A stretch of DNA of 58,057 bases from an uncultured Planctomycetales bacterium (GTDB lineage Bacteria; Omnitrophota; Gorgyraeia; Zapsychrales; Fredricksoniimonadaceae): contig CAZACW010000009.1 in the NCBI GenBank assembly GCA_964483785.1, positions 1 to 58,057 on the forward strand. Direction: 5' to 3'. The notes beneath the pieces were generated by a model. That model saw nothing but the letters and a program-made list of their open reading frames with translations, was not told the origin of the DNA and ran no database searches. The position numbers and the translations under genes were made by a program. Within the stretch, counting starts at the first letter, position 1, and the number at the start of each line of letters is the position of its first letter. Positions 36,130 to 46,046 of the stretch are shown here, in pieces.

Positions 36130-37500
36130 ATGCCCAATCGCTATGATTATTGCATCGTAGGCGCCGGACCCAGCGGCCTGACCGCGGCGTATCAACTGCT
36201 TAAAGCGGGCAAAAGCGTGGTCCTGATCGAGCGCCATGAACGCGTCGGCGGCCTGGCCAAGAGCTATAATTACAACGGCCATATTTTCGACACCGGCCCC
36301 AAGCGCTTCCACACCGACGATCCCCTGGTGCTGGAATTCATCCAGGAAATCACCCAGGGGCATATCCATGAGATCGGCCGCTCCACCAAGGTCTTTTTTT
36401 TCGGACAATATTTCAAATGGCCGCTGGAGAGCAAGGACCTTTTGAAAATGCCCTTAGGAGTTTCCCTCAAATGCGCCGTGGAATTGTTGAGAAAGCGCCC
36501 CATCACGGACAAGGCCTCGTTTCATCAACTGATCAATTCGAAATATGGAGAAACGCTGTTTAAGGCCTTTTTTAAGCCTTACACGCAGAAATTCCTGCGC
36601 TGGGACGTGGAAGACATCCATTCCGACTGGGCCACGACCGGCATCAACCGCACGGTGATCGACAAGCGGGTCAAGGCCAACAGCCTCTTTGACCTGTTTC
36701 AGGCCATTCTATTGCCGGAGAAAATCGACACCAAATTTTTGTACCCGACCGAGGGCGGCTTCGGCGGCTTTTACGAGCAATTGTTGGATTTGTGCCGGCA
36801 ATTTCCGGATTTCAAATTGATGCTCTCGGATACGATCATCCGCCTGGAAGACGACGGCCAAAAATTCGTGGCCTTCACAGGCAGGAAGGAGGGCCTGCAA
36901 TTTACAGACCTTATCTGGTCCGGCAATTTAAACGCCCTGTGCGGCCTGACCGCGCGCCATGCCCCGCAGCTGCATTATTTAAACACTGTTTTTTACAATA
37001 TCATCTGCAAGGAGGAGGGGATCGGCGCCCAGAAAGCCCAGTGGATCTATGTCAGCCAGGGGGACAGCCTGATCAGCCGCATCACCTGCATGAAGGAATT
37101 TGCGCCCTACACCTGCTTAGACGGCCATTATAATCTCATCTGCGAATTGACGGATTCGCAGGCCAATCCGGTATTTTTCCGCAATCCCCAGGCGTACAAG
37201 GACGGCATTCTCAAAGAATTGGTCCAGATGCGCTTTGTCAAAAATCTCAATGCGATGTAAGATGCCCATATTGTCCCCGTGGAAGAACACTATCAGATTC
37301 ATCACCGCCGCTACAGCCGGGACTTCGCGGCCACGGCCGCCCAAATCAAAAAATTTTCCAAACGCATACATCTATTAGGACGCTGCGGCGCTTTTTGGTA
37401 TAATAATTCAGATCATTCAATCCGCTTTGCCATTGAAATGGCCAAACAATTGATCCAATCTCCTGAACAAGAATTCAATTACCGGAATTATTTCGGCTGA
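36130..37500 (+). pseudogene. FAD-dependent oxidoreductase (HemY/UDP-galactopyranose mutase-like) interrupted by an in-frame TAA at 37258-37260
   Basis: IVGAGPSGLTAA...ERHERVGGL...FDTGPKRFHT and FLYPTEGGFG. The same frame continues past the stop with the family-typical LGRCGAFWYNNSDHS C-terminus. Confidence 0.75.
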
Positions 37501-37517
37501 TCCAACGGATACGGCGC

Positions 37518-39032
37518 ATGAAGGTATTGTTCATCCAAAATAACGGGATCCAGGAATCGATCGGTATCGCCAATATATCCGGCATGCTTAAAAGCCACGG
37601 CCATGAGACCGACCTGATCCTGATGACCCATACCCAAGATCTCGAGGAGACTTTAAGGGCGGCCAATCCCCAGCTGATCGCTTTTTCCGCCCTGACCGGC
37701 GTGCACCATTCCCTGATCGCCATTGCCCGGCGCATCAAAAAGACCCTGGATGTCCCCATCGTGATGGGCGGCCCCCATCCCACCTATTCCCCGGAAGTGA
37801 TCAACAACGACGGCATTGATATCATCTGCCGGGGGGAGGGCGAGGAGGCCTTTTTGGAACTGGTCGAGAAGCTGGAAGCCGGCAAGAACATCACCAAGAT
37901 CGCCAACCTGCATGTCAAGACCAAGGACGGCACGGTTTACCAAAATGAGATGCGCCCGGCCTCTGACCTGAACGCCCTGCCTTTTCCGGACAGGGAAATC
38001 TATTACAAATATCCGTTTTTGCGGGACGTGCCCATGAAGCGTTTTATCGCCAGCATGGGCTGTCCCTACCCTTGCACCTTCTGCCATGAGCCGGTGATCA
38101 GGGGCATGTACCGCGGCAAGGGCGATTATGTGCGCACCAAATCCGTCAAGAGGATCGTGGCGGAAATCAAATACATCAAGGACCGCTATCCGTTGAGGCA
38201 TGTGCATTTTTCCGACGATCTTTTCTTTATCCGCAATTGCTACGATTGGCTGGAGGAATTTGCCGATCTTTACCCTAAGGAAATCGGCGTTCCTTATTCC
38301 TGCAACATACGCTACGATTCCGTGGTGGAAAAGTCCGCTGATCTTTTGGTCAAATCCGGCGCCTATGGGGTGGCCATCGGCCTTGAGTCCGGCAGTGAAC
38401 AATTGCGCACCGCGGTGATCAAAAAGAACGTGAAAAACGTGCACATGGTGGAAGGGGCCGGGCTGCTGCGCGCGCGCGGGATCAAGATGCTCACCACCAA
38501 CATGGTGGGCCTGCCCGGCGAGACCCTGGACCAGGCCTTTGAGACGGTGGAGTTGAACATGCGCCTGAAATCCAATTATATCCGGGCCAACACCTTTTTA
38601 CTGTTTCCCGGCCTGCCGATGGTGGATTACGCGGTCAAAAACGGTTTTGTCGACCCTAACTTTGACATCCAAAAACATGTGGCTGAATCCACCGAGATCA
38701 ATTTGATCACACCCTATGCCAAGGAATTCAGGAATTTGGCTTCGCTGTTTTGGATCTTTGCCAAATTTTCCCCTCGCTGGATCCCCTTGTTCAAGAAAAT
38801 CGTGTCCTGGCCGGACAATGTGGTGTTTCGCGCCTTAGGCGCCATGACCATGACGCAGGAATTGTTGTTTTACCGGATCCGTCCCTTGTCCGGCCTGCGT
38901 TTTTACTGGGAAACCGTGTTCAAGTCCAAGGAAATGACCCTGCGCAATATCCCTGCGATCATCAAGAGGCATGTCCCCAAGGTCCCTGCACAACAGAAAG
39001 AAATTTTTGCCACGGACCGCGGTTATCTGTAA
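37518..39032 (+). CDS. Cobalamin-binding radical SAM protein
   Basis: N-terminal B12-binding domain (VMGGPHPT, GEGE), GCPYPCTFC, IGLESG, GLPGET. Confidence 0.92.
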   Translation: MKVLFIQNNGIQESIGIANISGMLKSHGHETDLILMTHTQDLEETLRAANPQLIAFSALTGVHHSLIAIARRIKKTLDVPIVMGGPHPTYSPEVINNDGIDIICRGEGEEAFLELVEKLEAGKNITKIANLHVKTKDGTVYQNEMRPASDLNALPFPDREIYYKYPFLRDVPMKRFIASMGCPYPCTFCHEPVIRGMYRGKGDYVRTKSVKRIVAEIKYIKDRYPLRHVHFSDDLFFIRNCYDWLEEFADLYPKEIGVPYSCNIRYDSVVEKSADLLVKSGAYGVAIGLESGSEQLRTAVIKKNVKNVHMVEGAGLLRARGIKMLTTNMVGLPGETLDQAFETVELNMRLKSNYIRANTFLLFPGLPMVDYAVKNGFVDPNFDIQKHVAESTEINLITPYAKEFRNLASLFWIFAKFSPRWIPLFKKIVSWPDNVVFRALGAMTMTQELLFYRIRPLSGLRFYWETVFKSKEMTLRNIPAIIKRHVPKVPAQQKEIFATDRGYL

Positions 39033-39062
39033 AACCTGTACAGCAGTTTGAAAGGTGCATGC

Positions 39063-40952
39063 ATGTGCGGCATCATTGCCCATTTAGCTTTTGATCCGGG
39101 CTGTATTTTAAGCGAAGACCAAATCCGCACATTAAATGATTGGCACGCGCACCGCGGACCGGACGGCGCCGGCTTGTTTTTAGACGGGCCCGCGGCCTTG
39201 GGCGCCAGGCGCCTGGCCATTGTGGATGTCGAAGGCGGCCAGCAGCCCATCAGCACCCTGGACGGCCGCTTCACCATTGTCTTTAACGGCGAAATCTATA
39301 ATCACAAGGAATTGCGGCAGCAGCTTGGCGCCAAAGGATACGCGTTTAAGACGTACAGCGATACCGAGGTGATCCTGAATGCTTTTGCCGATGAAGGGCC
39401 TGCCTGTCTGCGGCGCTTCAACGGCATGTTTGCCTTTGCCATCTGGGACAAAAAGCAGGCGTCCCTGTTTGTGGCGCGCGACAGGCTGGGCATCAAGCCC
39501 CTGTATTATGCGCTGGGGCCAGGACAGGCGCTGTTCTCGTCGGAATTGCGGGCCATCACGCACAGCGGCTTTTTTGAGCTCAGCTGGGACTTAAAGGCCC
39601 TCAGCGATTATCTGGCCTACTGGTATCTGTGCCAGCCGCGGACCATGTTTAACGAGGTCAAGCAATTGCCGCCCGGACATTATGCCTGGGTCAAGGACGG
39701 GCAGATGCGCACCCAGTGCTGGTGGCAGATGCCTCTTGAAGCTGAATCCGATATGTCCCTGAAAGAGGCCTCCTTGCAATTGGAGGCGCTGTTGAGAGAC
39801 TCGATCCGTCTGCGCATGGCAGCGGATGTGCCGGTGGGGATTTTTTTAAGCGGCGGCATTGATTCAGGCCTGATGACCGCCCTGGCTGCCCGGGAGGGAC
39901 ATCGCAACATCAAGGCCTTCAGCATCCGTTTCGATGATCCCAGTTATGATGAAGGGCCCCTGGCCCGTCTTACCGCGGATTTCAACCAGGTCGAGCTTCA
40001 CGCGACCTTGTTAAAAACCCTGACACCTGCACAGATCGAGGAGGTGATCGGCAAGCTGGATGGGCCCATCGGCAATGCCAGTTATGTGCCGGCTTATTTT
40101 TTGTCCAAATTGGCCTCTGGTTATGTCAAATCCGTGCTCAGCGGCGACGGCGGGGATGAGCTTTTCGGCGGCTATCCCACTTATCAGGCCGTGTATTATC
40201 AGGACCTGTGGCGGCACAGCCCCGGGATGGTCAAGGCAATGGTCAGGGCCTTGGCCCGCCGCATTCCCGTTTCCCATCAAAGAATCAGTTTCGATTACCG
40301 GATCAAGCAATTGATGAAGGGCATCGACGGGGATTATTGCTTCGGCCATTATGTCTGGCGCCAGATTGCACCTTTGGAGCGCCAGCGCTCCCTCATGCGG
40401 CCGCAGGTTTTTGACGCCTTGCAGGGCCATGACCCTTTTTGCGTTGCGCGCAATTGTTTTGAGAGGGCCGGCAAATTACAAACTCAAAACCAATTGATGT
40501 ATGTGGACCTGAACACCTACTTGCTTAATGACCATCTTTGCAAGATCGACCGCATGAGCATGGCCTGCGGCCTGGAAGTGCGGCTGCCGTACCTGGATTA
40601 CCGCATCGTCGAACTGGCCATGCGCCTGCCGGCCAGGCATAAGGTGGATTTTAGGCGTACCAAGATCATTTTAAAACAGATCGCGCGGACCTATCTGCCC
40701 GGCAAGGTCCTGCGCTGCCCCAAAAAAGGCCTGACCTCGCCCATCGCGGGCTGGCTCACCGGGCCTTTGAGCGCTTATGCCATGGACCATCTTTCGGGCG
40801 GGATCGCCACGGAATTTTTTGATCCGCGCCAGATCGAAACCCTCTGGCAGGAACACCAGCAGTTTAAATGCGACCACAGCCGTCTTTTATGGGCCTTGCT
40901 GACCTTGAATGTGTGGGCGGAATCATTGCCTGCCAGGACAGGAATTCGATGA
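39063..40952 (+). CDS. asnB: Asparagine synthase (glutamine-hydrolysing) family amidotransferase
   Basis: MCGI N-terminus, HRGPDG, FNGEIYN, RDRLGIKPLYY, FLSGGIDS, SGDGGDELFGGY. Confidence 0.93.
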   Translation: MCGIIAHLAFDPGCILSEDQIRTLNDWHAHRGPDGAGLFLDGPAALGARRLAIVDVEGGQQPISTLDGRFTIVFNGEIYNHKELRQQLGAKGYAFKTYSDTEVILNAFADEGPACLRRFNGMFAFAIWDKKQASLFVARDRLGIKPLYYALGPGQALFSSELRAITHSGFFELSWDLKALSDYLAYWYLCQPRTMFNEVKQLPPGHYAWVKDGQMRTQCWWQMPLEAESDMSLKEASLQLEALLRDSIRLRMAADVPVGIFLSGGIDSGLMTALAAREGHRNIKAFSIRFDDPSYDEGPLARLTADFNQVELHATLLKTLTPAQIEEVIGKLDGPIGNASYVPAYFLSKLASGYVKSVLSGDGGDELFGGYPTYQAVYYQDLWRHSPGMVKAMVRALARRIPVSHQRISFDYRIKQLMKGIDGDYCFGHYVWRQIAPLERQRSLMRPQVFDALQGHDPFCVARNCFERAGKLQTQNQLMYVDLNTYLLNDHLCKIDRMSMACGLEVRLPYLDYRIVELAMRLPARHKVDFRRTKIILKQIARTYLPGKVLRCPKKGLTSPIAGWLTGPLSAYAMDHLSGGIATEFFDPRQIETLWQEHQQFKCDHSRLLWALLTLNVWAESLPARTGIR

Positions 40953-41281
40953 ACCTGCTTCTTGTCAAATCCTTTGTCCGGGTTTTCACCGGAGAGCTTG
41001 GCGGCCCGCAAAATCAGGCCGATGAAAAACAGCTGGAGGAGATGGCCGAGACCTTGCGCCAAAAAATCCTGGCCATGCCTTGGCTGATGCGTTTGGCCCT
41101 TTGCTGTTTGACCTATATCTTCGACTGGTCCGGTTTCTTGTGCGCGGGTCAGCGGTTTTGCGGCCAATCCGCCGAATCCCAGAGGCGCATGGTCAGATCA
41201 GGCCAGATTGCATCGCCCGGGCCTTTCAAGGAATTGCTGAAGTTTTACCAGAAAATGTCGGTCTATATTTATTATTCCTGA
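40949..41281 (+). CDS. Hypothetical protein, possible small partner subunit of the GMC oxidoreductase
   Basis: ATGA overlap with the asnB stop; 110 aa; ends ...IYYS directly before the GMC gene. Confidence 0.6.
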   Translation: MNLLLVKSFVRVFTGELGGPQNQADEKQLEEMAETLRQKILAMPWLMRLALCCLTYIFDWSGFLCAGQRFCGQSAESQRRMVRSGQIASPGPFKELLKFYQKMSVYIYYS

Positions 41282-41287
41282 TTTTTT

Positions 41288-42715
41288 ATGCCGCAAGAAT
41301 TTCAATGTGATGTGCTGGTCATTGGTTCAGGCCCGGGCGGTGCTACCACGGCCATGGTCCTGGCCGAGGCCGGGCTTAAGGTACTGGTCCTCGAAGAGGG
41401 GGCCCTGGTTTCAAATCCGCCCCAAGCATATTCTTTGCAGGAGATGAATACGCTGTACCGTTTTGGGGCCTTGAGCCTGGCCTGGGGCGATCCCAAGGTG
41501 GCCTATTTGGAAGGCCGCTGTGTTGGAGGCGCCAGCGAGGTCAACGCGGGCCTTTATCACAGGCCTTTGCCGCAGGTTTTGGAGCGCTGGGCCCAAGAAT
41601 TTGACATCCAGGATTTTGGTCCGGCGCAACTTGAGCCTTTTTTCAAAAGCAATGAGGATGAGCTTGGCATCTGCACCATGCCCGACGGCGTGGGACCAGG
41701 CTCGCGCATCATCCAGGAAGGATCAAGCCGGCTTGGCTGGAGGACAGCGGAAGTCCCCCGAATGTGGGATTATGCCGCCAACGGCAAGGCCGGCCAGCGG
41801 CGGTCCATGGGGCGCAGTTTCATTCCCCGCGCCCTGGCCGCGGGCGCGGCGTTAAAACCGCAGATCAAGGTCCAGCGCCTCGTCGTGAAAGGGCGCAGGG
41901 CCCAGGAAGCGCAGGCGAAAGGCGCAGGGGAAGATCAGGAAGGTATCCGCGTCAAATTCAAGGATGTGTTCGTCTGCGGCGGCGCCATTCAAACGCCCTT
42001 GCTCTTGCGCCGCAGCGGCCTGGTCAAAAATATCGGCGAGCAATTGCGCATGCATCCAGCCATCCGGGTGGTTGCGCGTTTCGATTCCAAAGTCAGCGAT
42101 CCAACGGAAGGGGTGCCGGTGGTGCAGGTTGCCGAGTTTAAACCTTCTTTGACCCTGGGGGGCGCCTACAGCAGTACAGCGTACCTGGCCTTGTGGCTCG
42201 CCGGCCGCAAAGATTTTACCCGGCTGATGAATGCGCCGGAGCAATTGGGGATTTTTTATGCCCTGATCACAGCCAGGGGTTTTGGCAAGGTGAGGCCCCT
42301 GCCCTGGTCAGCAGAGGCCATGGTGTCCATGCGCCTGGAGGATGAGGACCTCAAAGCCCTGGGCGAGGGGCTTTATCAATTGGGCCGGATGTTGTTTGCC
42401 GCCGGCGCCCGAGGGATATTTTCGCCCATCGCGGGGGACAAAGATTTTCAATCGCCGGCAGAGATGGAATCTTTAAAAAGAGGCCTGCCCCGGCGGGGCG
42501 TTGATTATTCGACCATCCATCTTTTTTCTTCCTGCCCCTTGGGCGGGGACAGAAAACGCTGCGCCCTGGATGCTTTCGGCCGGGTGCGCGGGCTGGACAA
42601 TGTGTATGTCAATGATGCCAGCATGCTGCCGGATACGCCGGGCTCCAACCCCCAGGCCGTGATCATGGCCATGGCCCGCCGCAACGCCGGCCATTTTCTA
42701 AAGAACAGGCGCTAA
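41288..42715 (+). CDS. GMC family oxidoreductase
   Basis: VIGSGPGG, GRCVGGASEVN, GAIQTPLLLRRSG, H...SCPLG, VNDASMLP...NPQ. Confidence 0.92.
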   Translation: MPQEFQCDVLVIGSGPGGATTAMVLAEAGLKVLVLEEGALVSNPPQAYSLQEMNTLYRFGALSLAWGDPKVAYLEGRCVGGASEVNAGLYHRPLPQVLERWAQEFDIQDFGPAQLEPFFKSNEDELGICTMPDGVGPGSRIIQEGSSRLGWRTAEVPRMWDYAANGKAGQRRSMGRSFIPRALAAGAALKPQIKVQRLVVKGRRAQEAQAKGAGEDQEGIRVKFKDVFVCGGAIQTPLLLRRSGLVKNIGEQLRMHPAIRVVARFDSKVSDPTEGVPVVQVAEFKPSLTLGGAYSSTAYLALWLAGRKDFTRLMNAPEQLGIFYALITARGFGKVRPLPWSAEAMVSMRLEDEDLKALGEGLYQLGRMLFAAGARGIFSPIAGDKDFQSPAEMESLKRGLPRRGVDYSTIHLFSSCPLGGDRKRCALDAFGRVRGLDNVYVNDASMLPDTPGSNPQAVIMAMARRNAGHFLKNRR

Positions 42716-42719
42716 ACCT

Positions 42720-43226
42720 ATGCTGTCTTTGAAACAATTTGTCCCCTCGGAGGTTTGCCTTAAATGCGACGGCTGTTGCCGCTACAAGCAGGCGGATTCC
42801 GTCTGGCGCCCCAAATTAGGGCAGGCGGAGGGCGCCCAGCTGGCTGAGATGATCAACGCCGCTGATGCACTGGATGCCAAGGGCTATGTGCAGACGATCC
42901 AGGAATGCGGGAAGCATTTTTGCCGGTTTTTAAACAGGACGGACAATACCTGCGGTGTTTACGGCAAGCGTCCTTTGGAATGCTCCTTATATCCCTTTGT
43001 CCTTTCCCAAACACCCGGTGCTGTCAAGGTCTATGTGCATTTAAGCTGTCCGTACATTCAAGATCATCTCGGGCAAAAGGACTATGAGGACCATCTTGCT
43101 TATCTTAAAAAATTTTTTCAGCGCGAGGATGTGCGCGCATTTTTGTCTGAAAACAAGGCCATGTTCCATGATTACAGTTTTTTTGCCCCGGAATTGCTGT
43201 ATCTGTTTGACCTGCTCTATCTATGA
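42720..43226 (+). CDS. YkgJ/CxxCxxCC family zinc/iron-cluster protein
   Basis: CLKCDGCC...CRFL...CGVYGKRPLECSLYPF. Confidence 0.88.
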   Translation: MLSLKQFVPSEVCLKCDGCCRYKQADSVWRPKLGQAEGAQLAEMINAADALDAKGYVQTIQECGKHFCRFLNRTDNTCGVYGKRPLECSLYPFVLSQTPGAVKVYVHLSCPYIQDHLGQKDYEDHLAYLKKFFQREDVRAFLSENKAMFHDYSFFAPELLYLFDLLYL

Positions 43227-44122
43227 AAGACCATGATCTGCTTGATCAAAGGCCGCTCATCGAGCGGTATCTCAACGCGGGGCCGCGGCCGCTGTCGAGT
43301 TTCTCTTTTGTCAGTCTTTTTGCCTGGTGCGATTTTTTTGAGTTTGAATGCAGGACCATGGACGATGCGTTATGCATTTTTGCCCGTACGGCGCAGGGTA
43401 TTTTCCTTTATCTGCCGCCGTTGGGCCGGACTTGGGGCCCGTCGACGATCAAGGCCTGTTTCGGCCACATGGCCCGGGGCGGAGGGCCCCAAAAGCTTAA
43501 CCGCATCGAAAATATTCCTGAAAATTTGTTGTCAGCCTTCGCCTCCGGTGAGTATAATCAATACACCAAACCCGCGGAGTATGTTTATCACAAAGAAAAT
43601 TTAAAGGCCCTGGCCGGCCAGGCGTATAAGTCCCAGCGGCATGACTGCAATTGCTTTTTGGCCCGTCATGCCGACAGTTCTTTCGAAACTTATCTGGAGA
43701 AAGATTTTGAAGCGTGCATGGCCTTGTTCGACCGCTGGGCCGCTGTGCGCGGCGCGGCCCATCCGGAGGCGGTGTACCGGTCCATGCTGCAGGAAAACCG
43801 GCTGGTGCACGCGCGGCTTTTGAAATTTTGCAAGACCTTGGGGTTGGAGGCCAGGGTCTTGAAGGCAGACGGCAAGATCATCGGCTATACCTTTGGCTTC
43901 GGCGTGGATGTGCGTACTTTTTGCATCTACGCGGAAATCGCGGATTTGAACCACACCGGCGCCGCGGCGTATATGTTCAGGAGTTTTTGCGCGGACGCGG
44001 CTTTAAAAGATTTTGAACGGATCAATACCATGGATGATTTTGCCATGCCGCAGGTGGCCAGGACCAAGCAGGCTTATCATCCTTCGGAAATGGTCCAGTC
44101 TTATTCCCTCACCGTACGGTAA
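43223..44122 (+). CDS. DUF2156 / phosphatidylglycerol lysyltransferase C-terminal-like (GNAT-fold) protein
   Basis: SFVSLFAW, EYVY...LAGQAYKSQR, YAEIAD and INTMDD...TKQAYHP match the DUF2156 pattern. Confidence 0.8.
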   Translation: MKDHDLLDQRPLIERYLNAGPRPLSSFSFVSLFAWCDFFEFECRTMDDALCIFARTAQGIFLYLPPLGRTWGPSTIKACFGHMARGGGPQKLNRIENIPENLLSAFASGEYNQYTKPAEYVYHKENLKALAGQAYKSQRHDCNCFLARHADSSFETYLEKDFEACMALFDRWAAVRGAAHPEAVYRSMLQENRLVHARLLKFCKTLGLEARVLKADGKIIGYTFGFGVDVRTFCIYAEIADLNHTGAAAYMFRSFCADAALKDFERINTMDDFAMPQVARTKQAYHPSEMVQSYSLTVR

Positions 44123-44134
44123 AGAAAGGCCGAC

Positions 44135-44755
44135 ATGAACATCAAACTGACGGAATTTGTGATTTTTGACGTGGAGACAACCGGACTTTCCCCCCTGGAC
44201 GGGGACCGCATCGTCGAAATCGCCGCCCTGAAGGTCAAGGGGACGAAGGTGGTGGACAAGTTTTATTCCCTTGTCAATCCGCAAAGGTCCATGCCGGCGG
44301 AGGCGACCCTGGTGAATAATATCACGGAGGAGATGCTGGCCGCGGCGCCGGCGGCCGCGGATGTTCTGCCCCGGATGATCCAGTTTATCGGCGGGGCCTG
44401 CGTGGCAGGGCATAATGTGCGCTTTGATTTGAATTTTCTTTGTTTTGAATTGAGCCTGATCGGCCGGCGCCTGCATGATCAGACCCCGGCCATTGACACC
44501 TTGAAAATGGCCCGCGAACTGCTTCCCTATTTGAGCAATCATAAACTGGCCTATCTGGCGCGCTCGCTGGGTGTTGTCGTGCGGGAGACCCACCGCGCCA
44601 TGGCGGACGTGGAGTTGACCGTCGCTGTTTTCGTGCGGCTGATGGAAATGGCCGGGGATAAAAACCTCCAGCAAGTGACCGTCTTTCTCGAGCAATTCGG
44701 CGTCGAGAAGCCCAATTTCAAACTCAATCAAAAGTCCCAGGAATCGCTGTTCTGA
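44135..44755 (+). CDS. DEDDh 3'-5' exonuclease (DnaQ/Pol III epsilon-like)
   Basis: FDVETTG, GHNVRFD and HRAMADV. Confidence 0.92.
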   Translation: MNIKLTEFVIFDVETTGLSPLDGDRIVEIAALKVKGTKVVDKFYSLVNPQRSMPAEATLVNNITEEMLAAAPAAADVLPRMIQFIGGACVAGHNVRFDLNFLCFELSLIGRRLHDQTPAIDTLKMARELLPYLSNHKLAYLARSLGVVVRETHRAMADVELTVAVFVRLMEMAGDKNLQQVTVFLEQFGVEKPNFKLNQKSQESLF

Positions 44756-44762
44756 TGCGCCT

Positions 44763-46046
44763 ATGCGAGCGCGTGCTGCCCAATATTCCCTGCCCTGGCG
44801 CAAGGAGGCCTTCTCTCTTTTTGAGATCTTCAAGGACCGGCCCCAGGTATTTTTTTTAGACAGCAGCCTGCGCAGACCCCAGTCCCGTTTCTCTTATATA
44901 GGCTTTGATCCTTTCAGGATGGTCAGGGGCAGGGACCTGGCAGGCCTTCAAAAGGAGTTTGACCGCTATCGCCTGAAGCAGGGGGCGCTGTCCTTTCCCG
45001 CCGGTGCTGTGGGTTATCTGGGTTATGACGGCGAAATTTGTTTCGGCTTATACGATTCCATCCTAACTGTTGACCATCAGAAACAACGGCTGATCATTTC
45101 GAGTTTTTATCAATCTAAAATTAAAGATATCGTAAAATTGATCGGCGTATCGTTGGAAAATAGGGGACAGCGCCCTATTTTTGAAAAAAATAGGGCGCTG
45201 TCCCCTATTTTCAAAAGCAATTTTACCCAATCCCAATACATCAAAGCCGTTCGCCAGGCCCTGGACCATATCCGCCGCGGGGACATTTATCAAATCAATC
45301 TCTCCCACCGCATCCAAATGTCCTGGCCCCGGGGCGCGCAAGATATCAAGCCCGCGGACATTTACAGGCATTTAAGGGCGCTTTTTCCGTCGGAATTCGG
45401 GGCGTATTTCCATGACGGCCGCCAGGCGGTATTAAGCGCTTCTCCGGAGCGTTTTCTGAAATTGCATAAAGGGATGGCGCAGGTCAAGCCCATGAAGGGT
45501 ACCAGGCCGCGGGGCCGGACCGCAGCCTCGGACCGTCGATTCAAAGAACAACTGCTTAAAAGCCCCAAGGAAATCGCTGAACTTTTGATGGTCACGGACC
45601 TTGAGCGCAATGACTTGGGCAGGGTCTGCGATTACGCATCCATCAAGGTCAAGGCCATGCGCAGCATCGAGACCTACAGCACGGTGTTTCAAGCCACCTC
45701 GACCATCGAAGGCCGTTTGCGCGGGGACTGCGATCCATTCGATCTTTTGCGGGCGGTTTTTCCCAGCGGTTCAGTCACCGGCTGTCCCAAAATCGAGGCC
45801 ATGAAAATCATCCGGCAATTGGAGCGCTGCCCGCGCGGGCTGTACACCGGCGCGCTGGGGTACATGAGTTTTTCCGGAGACATGGATTTTAACGTGATGA
45901 TCCGCACCCTGTTTGTACAGGAGAAGAAGATCAGTTTTCACGTCGGAGGGGGCATTGTGGCGGATTCCAACCCTAAGGACGAGTGGCGGGAGACCTGGGA
46001 CAAGGCCAGGCCCTTGATGGCCGCCTTGCAGAAGACCTTTGCATGA
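44763..46046 (+). CDS. pabB: Aminodeoxychorismate synthase component I (chorismate-binding family)
   Basis: GDIYQINL, SASPERF, PMKGTRPR, DLERNDLGRV, GSVTGCPK, YTG and GGGIVADS; adjacent class IV aminotransferase. Confidence 0.88.
   Translation: MRARAAQYSLPWRKEAFSLFEIFKDRPQVFFLDSSLRRPQSRFSYIGFDPFRMVRGRDLAGLQKEFDRYRLKQGALSFPAGAVGYLGYDGEICFGLYDSILTVDHQKQRLIISSFYQSKIKDIVKLIGVSLENRGQRPIFEKNRALSPIFKSNFTQSQYIKAVRQALDHIRRGDIYQINLSHRIQMSWPRGAQDIKPADIYRHLRALFPSEFGAYFHDGRQAVLSASPERFLKLHKGMAQVKPMKGTRPRGRTAASDRRFKEQLLKSPKEIAELLMVTDLERNDLGRVCDYASIKVKAMRSIETYSTVFQATSTIEGRLRGDCDPFDLLRAVFPSGSVTGCPKIEAMKIIRQLERCPRGLYTGALGYMSFSGDMDFNVMIRTLFVQEKKISFHVGGGIVADSNPKDEWRETWDKARPLMAALQKTFA
45156..45212. repeat. Family A palindrome inside pabB, in frame
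   Basis: 27-bp perfect arms 45156-45182 / 45186-45212 with a GAA loop; 57 nt read as ENRGQRPIFEKNRALSPIF. Confidence 0.92.

Noticed and set aside
37258-37260. Stop-codon reassignment or selenocysteine/pyrrolysine readthrough
   Set aside because: The codon is TAA, which terminates many other genes here; all three stops are used normally.
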